From: a virus
Lineage: Duplodnaviria > Caudoviricetes
Direction: 5' to 3' (one strand)
Virus record (IMG/VR): IMGVR_UViG_3300031890_000019
Span: 1-45,798 of that record
Length of the DNA: 45,798 nucleotides
Position numbers and translations under genes: made by a program. This document shows, piece by piece, positions 25,658-34,260 of the stretch. A model generated the notes under the pieces. That model did no database searches, was not told where the DNA came from, and saw only the letters and a program-made list of their open reading frames with translations. How positions within the stretch are numbered: the first letter of the stretch is position 1; every line of letters starts with the position of its first letter.

Positions 25658-26764
25658 ATGACTGACACGACGACGATTCCCCTTGAGCCACCCCTCGCGC
25701 AACAGCTCACCCGCATTGATGAGCCATTGGAGCGCAAGCGTGTCGGCGATATGAGCATCGACAAATTTGCCGGATTAAGATTCGACGAATTTAGGCAAGC
25801 TATTGAATTTGCAAAATTAATGGCGCAGGCGCATCACTCGGTTCCGGCTTATCTTAAACAGAATCCCGGTGATTGTCTCGCCATCGTCACGCAAGCTCTG
25901 CGTTGGCATTTAGAACCCTATTGGGTCGCGCAGCATTCCTACATCGCCAAAGCCGAAGCGCTGATTGCCTACGATGCTGCTGTTCATGCTGCCATTGTGA
26001 TCAGCTCGCCGCTGCTGAAAACGCGACCGCGCTACACGTTCAATGGTGAAGGCGAGGAGCGGACTTGCACTGTGAGCGCACACATCGTCGGCGAAGCTCA
26101 TCCGCACGAATACACCACCCCGCCGCTCAGCCAATGCCGTCCGCCCAAGAATGCGGAAGGCGTGGTCAAAGGCTCACCGCTGTGGGTGAAAGATAGTGAT
26201 CAACAACTTTGTTATTACGGGATTCGGAGTTGGGGCAGGCGTCACACTCCGGAGCTGCTCGGCGGCGTCTATGACCGTGAGGAATTTGCCGAAACGACAC
26301 AGGACGAAATCGACGTCACCCCGCCGTCACCGAACCTGATGCAGCGCCTCCCCGGCAAGATGGCGGCCGTGGCAGGCTTCCAGGCGGACGTGGTGGACAA
26401 CGGACTCGCCAAGGAAGCGGCGAATCTGCAAGAGGCGAAAACCGGCGAAAAGAAGGCCCGCAAATCAACAGAGAAGGCCCAGCAAGAGCCAAAAGCGGTC
26501 GAAGGCTCCCCACCTGCCTCCGACGCCGGAAAACCCACTGCCGGGCCTTCCCCTCCCCCGAGCACAGCCGATGAATATGTGGCCTACGCTATCGACTGGA
26601 TTTCCAAGGCTGTCGATGCGGATGAGGTTCAAGCCCGCTTTGACGCTGAAATGGAAATGCGGCGGAAGCTTGCCGTGCCGCTGCCGCAGCGCAAGCAGTT
26701 GAACGGAGCGGCGCTCAACAAGGCCGCCGAGCTACGGAAGAAGCCTAAGAAGGGCACCAAATAG
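25658..26764 (+). CDS. recT: RecT-family single-strand annealing protein
   Basis: NPGDCLAIVTQALRWHLEPYWVAQ, PLW..D.DQQL.Y...R.W.R...PE.L.GVY..EE; same operon as the RecE-like nuclease; GGAGG RBS before ATG 25658. Confidence 0.8.
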   Translation: MTDTTTIPLEPPLAQQLTRIDEPLERKRVGDMSIDKFAGLRFDEFRQAIEFAKLMAQAHHSVPAYLKQNPGDCLAIVTQALRWHLEPYWVAQHSYIAKAEALIAYDAAVHAAIVISSPLLKTRPRYTFNGEGEERTCTVSAHIVGEAHPHEYTTPPLSQCRPPKNAEGVVKGSPLWVKDSDQQLCYYGIRSWGRRHTPELLGGVYDREEFAETTQDEIDVTPPSPNLMQRLPGKMAAVAGFQADVVDNGLAKEAANLQEAKTGEKKARKSTEKAQQEPKAVEGSPPASDAGKPTAGPSPPPSTADEYVAYAIDWISKAVDADEVQARFDAEMEMRRKLAVPLPQRKQLNGAALNKAAELRKKPKKGTK

Positions 26765-26941
26765 GTTCGGTGGTGAATTGGCGGAATAATCAACAACTTA
26801 TGTGTTTTAGGTGCGGCCAAAACCCCCGCGCGACCGTAACCGGAGAGCTGTGCCGTAGATGCTACATACGAGCGCGAAGGCAGGCAGCGGGCAAGGCATG
26901 GCGGTCGTGGCACAGAATGCGAGAGGCGAGGAGAGTGAAAA

Positions 26942-27133
26942 ATGGACAGGGTGATGACGGCGCACGTCAGTACCGCACAGAACGAGAATAGCGGACGCTG
27001 GCATGTGGTGATCGATTACGAGGATGGCGGTCAATACGTGAGCCGCGAGTCGTGGGAAAGCCAGAACGAAGCGGACCTTAATGCGCAGGCTTGGGCGCTG
27101 GAAAACTATGTGCCGGAATCGAAGGCGTCATGA
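26942..27133 (+). CDS. hypothetical protein
   Basis: GAGGAG RBS; ATGA overlap with the next gene. Confidence 0.5.
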   Translation: MDRVMTAHVSTAQNENSGRWHVVIDYEDGGQYVSRESWESQNEADLNAQAWALENYVPESKAS

Positions 27134-27546
27134 GCCAAAGGAAGCGCAAGCACATACCCATGATCGAGATCGCCGCGTCGGCACTGGCGGACAAACTGTC
27201 GATCTACGAGAGGGAGATCGCCAAAGAGCGCCGGTTGCCAGCGCGCGAGGTGGTGCGACTGTTCACGCCCGATCATTTAGACCTTCATTGCCTTGGTGGA
27301 GTGGATCGTTGGTACAATCTTGATATGCGCCGACGAGGGCCGGATCTCAAATCGAAGGATCAATTGGACACATCGCGCGCTGCAAAGGTCAGGCGCATTA
27401 ACGAGAAATGGGCACCGTTCATGCGGGCGATAGCAGCAGGCCGAAAGCCGCCGAAGAAACAATCGCGATGGCCGAAGCGCAAGCTGTGGTCGAGGAGAAG
27501 GCAAAATGTTCAGCAACGAGGAAAAAGCAAAAGAAGCCGAGCGTGA
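27130..27546 (+). CDS. degenerate HNH-family protein
   Basis: DHLDLHCLGGVDRWYNL...K...D....AKVRR; lacks the usual CxxCH. Confidence 0.55.
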   Translation: MSQRKRKHIPMIEIAASALADKLSIYEREIAKERRLPAREVVRLFTPDHLDLHCLGGVDRWYNLDMRRRGPDLKSKDQLDTSRAAKVRRINEKWAPFMRAIAAGRKPPKKQSRWPKRKLWSRRRQNVQQRGKSKRSRA

Positions 27547-27913
27547 GGTCAAGATGCGCGAGCAGGTCTATGGCCGACACACGCAGGGGAAATTCACGTC
27601 CGACCAGAAGCGCCGGATCGAGATCATGCTTGAGATCGCCGCCGAGTATCGCGTCAAAGCGGAATCCGAGAGGCTAGTGTGAGCTTCGGCCCGCCGCAGA
27701 ACCGGGAAAAACAGAACGTCAAATTTATTGCCGACGAAAAGCTCTGCCGTGCGTTGTCCAGCGTGTTCGAGCAGATAGATGAGATGAGGAGGTTGGCGGC
27801 CCGCTATGACCAAACCTGCCCCGAACGGGGAGGAGACTCTCGCCCGGATCGGTAAAGGATAACGGGCCGCCCGGACGGAGCGCGAGGATGCCGACTCGTG
27901 CTTCGTCCGTTTC

Positions 27914-30900
27914 TCATGCGAGCCAATCTGCTGTTGGTTCGCCGAATTGCTCTTTCGTCCATCCGCTCATTGATCTGAAATACGGCTCGATCTGTTTGCG
28001 ATATTGTATCCATCCCTGCCGGAACGAGATCGCCGATTGCCATAGCTGGTGTCTCTCGAAATGAGAACCGTCGACCGTCATCGGCACACCGCAAGCAATC
28101 ACCCTGACGTGCCCGAGCCTCCGCGCGACGCAGAAGGCAAACAATCCGGTTGAGCCACGCCACTCCTCACTCGCAGTGTCGTGCGTGACCGCGCTGTGTT
28201 TCCGGTGCGCCCAAACCTGCTCCGGCTTCGGAAGTCCTGCTCTCTCCCGTTCGCCCAGCCACGCGAAGTGTCCGTTCAGTTTGTCAGGATGCAGGGTGCA
28301 AGCAACCCCCGGTTCGGCAAATGATTTGATGTGATCGTTAATATAGAGGTAGCGAAACTTTTTTCCTTTAAGTAATTCCTTGGCCCGCTCAAGATCCTCG
28401 CGCCAGCACTCAGCACCGCCGACTATGACCGCTATCTCCGGCGTGAGATTAATGGGGAGCTGTCCGGCCTTGCGTGCCTCATGTGAGCAGCTCTCGATGA
28501 GATTGAACTTGTCTCCGATAACCCGGCCATGACCCTCGACACCACGCAGCACCGGATCGTCCGACTGCCCCGGCGTCCACTCCTTCACGTCATCGAATCC
28601 GGCGAAGAACAGCGTGTCGCGCATGAGCTGCGCGTTCCATGCCGTCTCGTGTCCGTGCGCGTAGATGATGGCGTGCATTGACCCGCGTTTGGTCGGACCG
28701 ACCTTCTGCCACTTGGTCGTGAACTGCCAGTAATCGCGTTCCTCACATTTAGCGATTTGCTCAAGGCTAGGAACCGTCACCCGCAGCTTGCCGCCAGGAG
28801 CCAGCACGCGCAGCGCCTCCTTGAAGAACTCGATTGCCGCCTTGTAGGGGACGTGCTCGACGCAATGCTCGATCGATATGTGGCTAGCGCTGTTATCGGG
28901 CCACGGCAGGCGCTTGGTAATGTCCACGTCAGCGTCGTGGTTCTCCCAGCCGGTCATCTTGTTGGTGCCGCAGCCCAGATTGAATCTTCTAAGCTGCGGC
29001 ATCGTTACAGGTCTGTTGGTGTTGCTGTGTTCAGCGGGCATCACCTCCTCTTTCGGTGCCTCGGGCACCGCATTCCTCTCTGCCAGCGCCATCTCCACGA
29101 ACCTTTGATAAACGCCCTGCTGGGCGCTGTTGTGCTGGTGCGTGACCCAATCGAGGTTGAGGTCGCCGATGTTGTCCTTGGTGATCTGATTGCGATCCGC
29201 ACGCAGCGCCTTCCACGGCATGAAGCGGAAATTCTGCCGCGTCATCCCGAGCTGGCCTTCAAGAATGAATTGCCTGATCCACCGTTCCGGCGTTGGCGTG
29301 GCAAACCGATTCGGCCAATCATAGCGGCGGATGAAATCGCTGCGCTTGAGGAAATCGGTGGTGAAGAACATCAGGCCGGTTTCGACCCAGCCGCTGCTCA
29401 ATCCCGGTACGCGCATTCCCTCCACGATGGTCGAAGCGATCTCGACCTTCTCTTTGCGCATCCAGTTGGTGGTATCCATCACCTTCAACCTAAACAGGCT
29501 ATCGCCCTCGATGTGCACGGCGAACTCGTAGCCGAGGCCGATGGCGATCTCTAATCCCTTGCAGAAGGCGCGGCCCCAGCCGTCACGGCCTTGCGTCGTG
29601 CTTCTGCGGCTGAGGTGCCCGATGTTGTTGGCAAAGTTGAAATACATGCAGTGATGGCGCCAGCCGTCATACGGCGTCCAATCGGCGAACTTCTTCACTG
29701 GAGACTGCGAATCGACGGCGAGGAAATCACAATCGTCATTGAGCGTCAGGTGCAGTTTCTTCCATAGATCGGTGAGACCGATGCGATCCTCACTGTCGAT
29801 ATAGAACGTGCCGAAAACCAGCGTGTTGGCATTGCGGCGGGTGCCGACAAATTCCTTCACCTTTGGCAAGGCTGCATCCATGTTAATCCGCTTATTGCAG
29901 GCATGATGCGCGCTGTGGCAGTCACAGGGATTGATTGTGTCAATCGGCAGCGTCGGAGCCAAGTGCGCGCCGACGCGCTGTGTCGTGCGATAACTCTCGC
30001 GCCCGCCATAGACCACGATCACTGGCGTGCCCACGGACTGCGCCAGGACCGGAGCAAAACCGGCATTGCAGAATATCAGATTTGCAGCAGAGAACAGCGC
30101 CGCCATTTCCGGAAAGTCTAGCTCGCCCTTGTGAAGCTTGACATCGGCCTCTTGCTCGGGGCCTTCGATCCACTCTCGGCCCGGCGCCAGATCGGCGATG
30201 CTGACGACAAAGAATTGCTGCCTGATTGAATTGTAAAGATCGTGATAGTGCTGCGGATCGGGATTGCGCGTGCGTCCGTTCCATTCTGTGCGCAGCACTA
30301 CCGGACGGTGAACCATCAGCGGCCTGCCATTGGTGTTCCATGTGCTGAGGTATTTGTCGCGGACGATATTGCTCCACTCGGGTTTGATGGGCAGGCTGAA
30401 ATCCGGCTTCTGCGGCATCTTCAATCCGGCGCAACTGAACATCGCTTCAAGAATGCTACCGTGCTGGTCAACGAGAACCTTGGGATAGCCGATGTTGAAT
30501 TGCCGTGCGTTGCGCGGCGGCGGAGGAAAGGTGAACAAGTGCTGTTCGCGGGCGATGGTCTTGGCCTGTGCGTGCAGCGATGTCGGCCGCATAATCAGCT
30601 TGAGGCCGCGCTCGATCAGATCGTGATAGAGGTAGTAGTGACAGGTACGAAGCCAGACATCGTTCTGCTTCATCAGCTCCCGCATCAGGGCGCGTTGATG
30701 CAGCGCATCGCCGATGCCGAAGTGCCCCGTCACCACCAGCGGCGCTCCCGACGGCACGGCCTGCTTGGGGACATTCGATTCCATCTGAATGACCATGTCG
30801 TCACGCAGCAACAATTGGCTCAAAGTGCCCTCGTTCAAGTTCACCCTGACGCTGCCGCCCGGCGGTATCGTGACCTCGCTGTTACCGGCGTTATAAATAA

Positions 30901-30940
30901 CACGCGGTGACGGCGATATGTTCTGAACCGTGCAGATCAT
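27914..30940 (-). CDS. multidomain glycosyltransferase/methyltransferase
   Basis: GT9-like (GIGDAL...HKGEL...AALFSAANLIFCNAGFAPVLAQSVGTPVIVVYG); second GT-A-like region (VHIEGDS); class I MTase (NLGCG, HCVEHV, RVLAPGGKLRVTVP); C-terminal Rossmann-like domain (IVGGA, GSTGLFA, LG..RVIACGVPM). Confidence 0.75.
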   Translation of the reverse strand: MICTVQNISPSPRVIYNAGNSEVTIPPGGSVRVNLNEGTLSQLLLRDDMVIQMESNVPKQAVPSGAPLVVTGHFGIGDALHQRALMRELMKQNDVWLRTCHYYLYHDLIERGLKLIMRPTSLHAQAKTIAREQHLFTFPPPPRNARQFNIGYPKVLVDQHGSILEAMFSCAGLKMPQKPDFSLPIKPEWSNIVRDKYLSTWNTNGRPLMVHRPVVLRTEWNGRTRNPDPQHYHDLYNSIRQQFFVVSIADLAPGREWIEGPEQEADVKLHKGELDFPEMAALFSAANLIFCNAGFAPVLAQSVGTPVIVVYGGRESYRTTQRVGAHLAPTLPIDTINPCDCHSAHHACNKRINMDAALPKVKEFVGTRRNANTLVFGTFYIDSEDRIGLTDLWKKLHLTLNDDCDFLAVDSQSPVKKFADWTPYDGWRHHCMYFNFANNIGHLSRRSTTQGRDGWGRAFCKGLEIAIGLGYEFAVHIEGDSLFRLKVMDTTNWMRKEKVEIASTIVEGMRVPGLSSGWVETGLMFFTTDFLKRSDFIRRYDWPNRFATPTPERWIRQFILEGQLGMTRQNFRFMPWKALRADRNQITKDNIGDLNLDWVTHQHNSAQQGVYQRFVEMALAERNAVPEAPKEEVMPAEHSNTNRPVTMPQLRRFNLGCGTNKMTGWENHDADVDITKRLPWPDNSASHISIEHCVEHVPYKAAIEFFKEALRVLAPGGKLRVTVPSLEQIAKCEERDYWQFTTKWQKVGPTKRGSMHAIIYAHGHETAWNAQLMRDTLFFAGFDDVKEWTPGQSDDPVLRGVEGHGRVIGDKFNLIESCSHEARKAGQLPINLTPEIAVIVGGAECWREDLERAKELLKGKKFRYLYINDHIKSFAEPGVACTLHPDKLNGHFAWLGERERAGLPKPEQVWAHRKHSAVTHDTASEEWRGSTGLFAFCVARRLGHVRVIACGVPMTVDGSHFERHQLWQSAISFRQGWIQYRKQIEPYFRSMSGWTKEQFGEPTADWLA

Positions 30941-33003
30941 AACTTGGTACTGTGCTGTGGTTGAGCGGCGACAAGGTCGCGCGGATCATACCCTTGCTCA
31001 ATGTAGGTGTTCCACGTTGGGTCTTCGGGGAGAATCCCAAACCTTGGAGACGTCCAGGTGATGTTGGAGATTGGTCCTGTCACAGCGTTTGGCAGCCAGT
31101 AGTCGCCCTGGCTGTCTTTCACCAGTTGAGAAATTAAATGGCCTCCGTAGAACCCGTTCGGATTACTCGTGTTGCCGTAGCCCGGAGTCTGAAATGCAGC
31201 ACCACCGCTATAAAAGTTCACTGCGATGTAATCTTTAGAGATGTCGATCCACTCTATCCCCTCAGTACACAGGGTCGCGAACCGTAGGTTTCCGTTCTCG
31301 TCGTAGCTAAAAATTCCAGCCACTTCATAAAAGAAAATATTGTTGGCTGGATCGCTGCCTTCCAATCCGACTGCCTCGGAATTCGTGTTGCCATACACGT
31401 TCCCGGCAGGATCGACGCAGATGGCCCCGGAATATCGCGAGTCTGGGGTAAAGTTACCTGGACTGTTGATGTTCGCACTGCCGATTGAGCGCCCAAATAT
31501 GTTCGAGAGCGGCGATGTCCACTTAATAACGCCGGTATCTGCGTCAATACCTTGGCCTTGAAAGGCTTGATTGCCATTGCTGTCTGTCTGACCACTAAGG
31601 AAATAAACGGTCTTGCCGCCCACTATGGGACCGCCGCCACTTAGTAAGTTTGGATCTGTACAAGACCAGAGAAGCTTGCCGGTGCCGCTGTTGTCGTACT
31701 TGTTCAGCCAGCCGCTGCCGGACACAAAGACGTTGCCGGCTTGGTCGATATAAGGAGCGTTGCTGCCAATGTACGAATGTGCTCTTACTTGCGTGCCGGT
31801 TGTGTCGTATTCGATCCACTGACCACCCACATTAAGCAAAAGATGGTTGCGGGGCATCCAGACCCAATAGAAACTGTTAGGAGATGTCCTCGTCCAACTT
31901 GGCGAGCCGCCCGGCATCGTTACCGTCAGCGTGTACGGACCGGCAGTTGGACTGAGCGTCCACGCGTAACCCTGAGCAGGGCCCGCATCAATAACGTAAT
32001 TATCACGAGGTGGATGTGTGTACGGTGGACTATCTACCCAGAAAGTTTGGGGGCCGGGTACTGGACTATCAACATGGACAACCCATAAACGGTAGCCAAG
32101 ACTCGATGTGTTGTTGGTCCAATCAGCCGTTTGATAAGCCAACGCTCCGTTCGCAGAGAACTGTCCATTCATGGGGCCCGACTTCTTCGGGATGACCGTC
32201 AAGCCAGGACCAGCGACCGACTGCTTCGTAGCTACATTGTAACTCGCCTGCAACCTAAATTGGTTTGGGTCGGTGTTCTGCGTGTTGATCCAGTCCGTAA
32301 ATGAATACTGCTCGGCCCAGCAAAATGCGCTTATGCTGCCGCCTGCATATCCTACGATGTTCTGAAAAGGATCGAGCCGCCAAGCGGGATCGATGTTGCC
32401 GCTGGTGTCGGTGATGTCGGGATCACTAGGATCGGCGGTGATGACATACATGCCGCTGTTGCTGTCATAGGTGCCCTGCGGCTGACTTAACTGTAAATCG
32501 GTTTCCTGCCCGCGATCTGAGCCATCGAGCCAATCAAGTTCGTCGATCAGTTCGACATCGACGTAGTTTCCGTCGTCGGGATCGTTCTGCACGCGCACGA
32601 CATGGCTCGCCTTGTGCCGCGTGAAGAACGGCGGCCCGTTTGGATCGTAATTGGCCTGATCGTTGTAGAGCGTGACGTCCGTTTCCTGTGCCCGGTCGAC
32701 AGGATCGAGGATCACCCATTTGTCGACGCGCTCCACCGGCAACAACGACGTATCGCCGGGAGGAAACGGCTGGCTGTTATCTATATTCCCGGTTTCATCG
32801 ATCTGGTCGACGTGTGTCTGCCGGTGCGTCGGCTGGTTGGTCGTGGGATCGTAGTAATCATTGATGATGGTGTAGTCGGTTTCCTGATAGCGGTCGGTCG
32901 AATCGACGACGTTGAGCTGCGTGATGACGGGCACGAGAACGGTGCCGCCCGTCGGCAGAGTTATCGTCTTGTTGGCTGTCGTGCGGCCCTTGACGACAGG
33001 CAT
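30937..33003 (-). CDS. tail/receptor-binding protein with beta-propeller-like C-terminus
   Basis: N-terminal D..DR.QETD repeats; PQQ-like blades (YD..G..LW, DADTGVIKW, DPAGNVY). Confidence 0.6.
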   Translation of the reverse strand: MPVVKGRTTANKTITLPTGGTVLVPVITQLNVVDSTDRYQETDYTIINDYYDPTTNQPTHRQTHVDQIDETGNIDNSQPFPPGDTSLLPVERVDKWVILDPVDRAQETDVTLYNDQANYDPNGPPFFTRHKASHVVRVQNDPDDGNYVDVELIDELDWLDGSDRGQETDLQLSQPQGTYDSNSGMYVITADPSDPDITDTSGNIDPAWRLDPFQNIVGYAGGSISAFCWAEQYSFTDWINTQNTDPNQFRLQASYNVATKQSVAGPGLTVIPKKSGPMNGQFSANGALAYQTADWTNNTSSLGYRLWVVHVDSPVPGPQTFWVDSPPYTHPPRDNYVIDAGPAQGYAWTLSPTAGPYTLTVTMPGGSPSWTRTSPNSFYWVWMPRNHLLLNVGGQWIEYDTTGTQVRAHSYIGSNAPYIDQAGNVFVSGSGWLNKYDNSGTGKLLWSCTDPNLLSGGGPIVGGKTVYFLSGQTDSNGNQAFQGQGIDADTGVIKWTSPLSNIFGRSIGSANINSPGNFTPDSRYSGAICVDPAGNVYGNTNSEAVGLEGSDPANNIFFYEVAGIFSYDENGNLRFATLCTEGIEWIDISKDYIAVNFYSGGAAFQTPGYGNTSNPNGFYGGHLISQLVKDSQGDYWLPNAVTGPISNITWTSPRFGILPEDPTWNTYIEQGYDPRDLVAAQPQHSTKL

Positions 33004-34062
33004 TTACAACGGCCCCGCTCGAGCAGTTTCGAAGAAGTAATGACCGTCGGCACAGAACGAAACGGTGAACGCTTTACCGATGACCGATCCTAGCGACAGC
33101 GTGCCAGTTGATCTAAAGCTCGTGCCGAAGGTAATGGTCTGGCTGCCGCCATTGCTATTGAAAATAAATTTCATCTCCGCGCCGTCTGGTGTGGAGGAGG
33201 CGTTGAAAGTAATGCTGACGGTTGGCGACACCTCGAAGTATCTCGCGGTCGTTGGATCTACCGTTTGCGTTGCGACGCTCGGGCTCAAACCGAAATTCGT
33301 GGGATACTGATATTGAGAAATTAACAGGTTGCCGGAGATCGAGCTGAATGGCACATGGCCGTTTTGCCAATCTATTCCGTTCCAATAGAGCACGTCGTTG
33401 GTGGCAAGGGGGGCTATCAGGGCAACATCGCCGAGGTTGGAAAGATTCTCGTTCGCGTTCACCCATTTTAATCCGTTCCATGCAAGCAACTGGCCACTAG
33501 TTAGCGCCGACAGCGAAACATCGGCGAGGCCGGAAAGCGGAATCGTCTGCCAGATGGTGTCGAGGTCAGTGTTGGAATGCTTGACCAGCGCCTGCCCCGT
33601 CGTGCCGCCAAGAGGAATGGCGGCCTGCGGCTGCGCGAACAGGACGGAATATAGTTTGTGGCCAGAGCCGTCCGTGGCATTCGGATCGAAGGTCAACCCT
33701 GACGTATGAGTGATGTTGACGACGTAAAGCGTCCCGTTGTGCTGAAACACATCCATCGAGTTGTACAAGGTGCTTGGCAGCCAAGTACCGGGAGGCGTGC
33801 CGTCCTGCCGGAAATTGAAAGTGACAACAGGCAACGGATACGGGCCGAGGATCTCGTGATTGGTGAGATGGACGTAAAACTGATTGCCGGTGACGGAAAA
33901 GTAATCGATGCCCGCGCCGCTGCTCAATGTCGCGACGTGTTGTTCCAGCGTGGTGATGCGCGATTCCTTGTCATAGATATTCGAATCACTCTCAAGGAAC
34001 GTCAGCGGACGGTTGACGCCGGTCCACAGCGGCAGATTGCTTTCGCGGTAGGTGGAAGTCAT
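33004..34062 (-). CDS. tail fibre-like protein
   Basis: RPLTFLESDSN N-terminus; W.PST.Y...D....NG..Y (CBM5/12-like); GGTTGQAL.K; LSDV...GQLL.WNG..W repeats. Confidence 0.7.
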   Translation of the reverse strand: MTSTYRESNLPLWTGVNRPLTFLESDSNIYDKESRITTLEQHVATLSSGAGIDYFSVTGNQFYVHLTNHEILGPYPLPVVTFNFRQDGTPPGTWLPSTLYNSMDVFQHNGTLYVVNITHTSGLTFDPNATDGSGHKLYSVLFAQPQAAIPLGGTTGQALVKHSNTDLDTIWQTIPLSGLADVSLSALTSGQLLAWNGLKWVNANENLSNLGDVALIAPLATNDVLYWNGIDWQNGHVPFSSISGNLLISQYQYPTNFGLSPSVATQTVDPTTARYFEVSPTVSITFNASSTPDGAEMKFIFNSNGGSQTITFGTSFRSTGTLSLGSVIGKAFTVSFCADGHYFFETARAGPL

Positions 34063-34260
34063 TTATTTCTCTTTCGGCGTTTTAATCATGTAGAAGGTGA
34101 TGGTGAGATCATAATTGCCGCTGAATGTTTTTACTCCGCCACCCTTGCCGGGATTGATGACCACGGTTTTTGCCGCGACGATCTGCGGCTGTGCGGATAC
34201 AGACGGCGCAACATCCGGTGTCTGGAACGGCCTGATGACGCTTTCTAATGCTGTGCTCAT
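34063..34260 (-). CDS. small tail protein
   Basis: LESVIRPFQTPD; coupled to flanking tail genes. Confidence 0.55.
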   Translation of the reverse strand: MSTALESVIRPFQTPDVAPSVSAQPQIVAAKTVVINPGKGGGVKTFSGNYDLTITFYMIKTPKEK

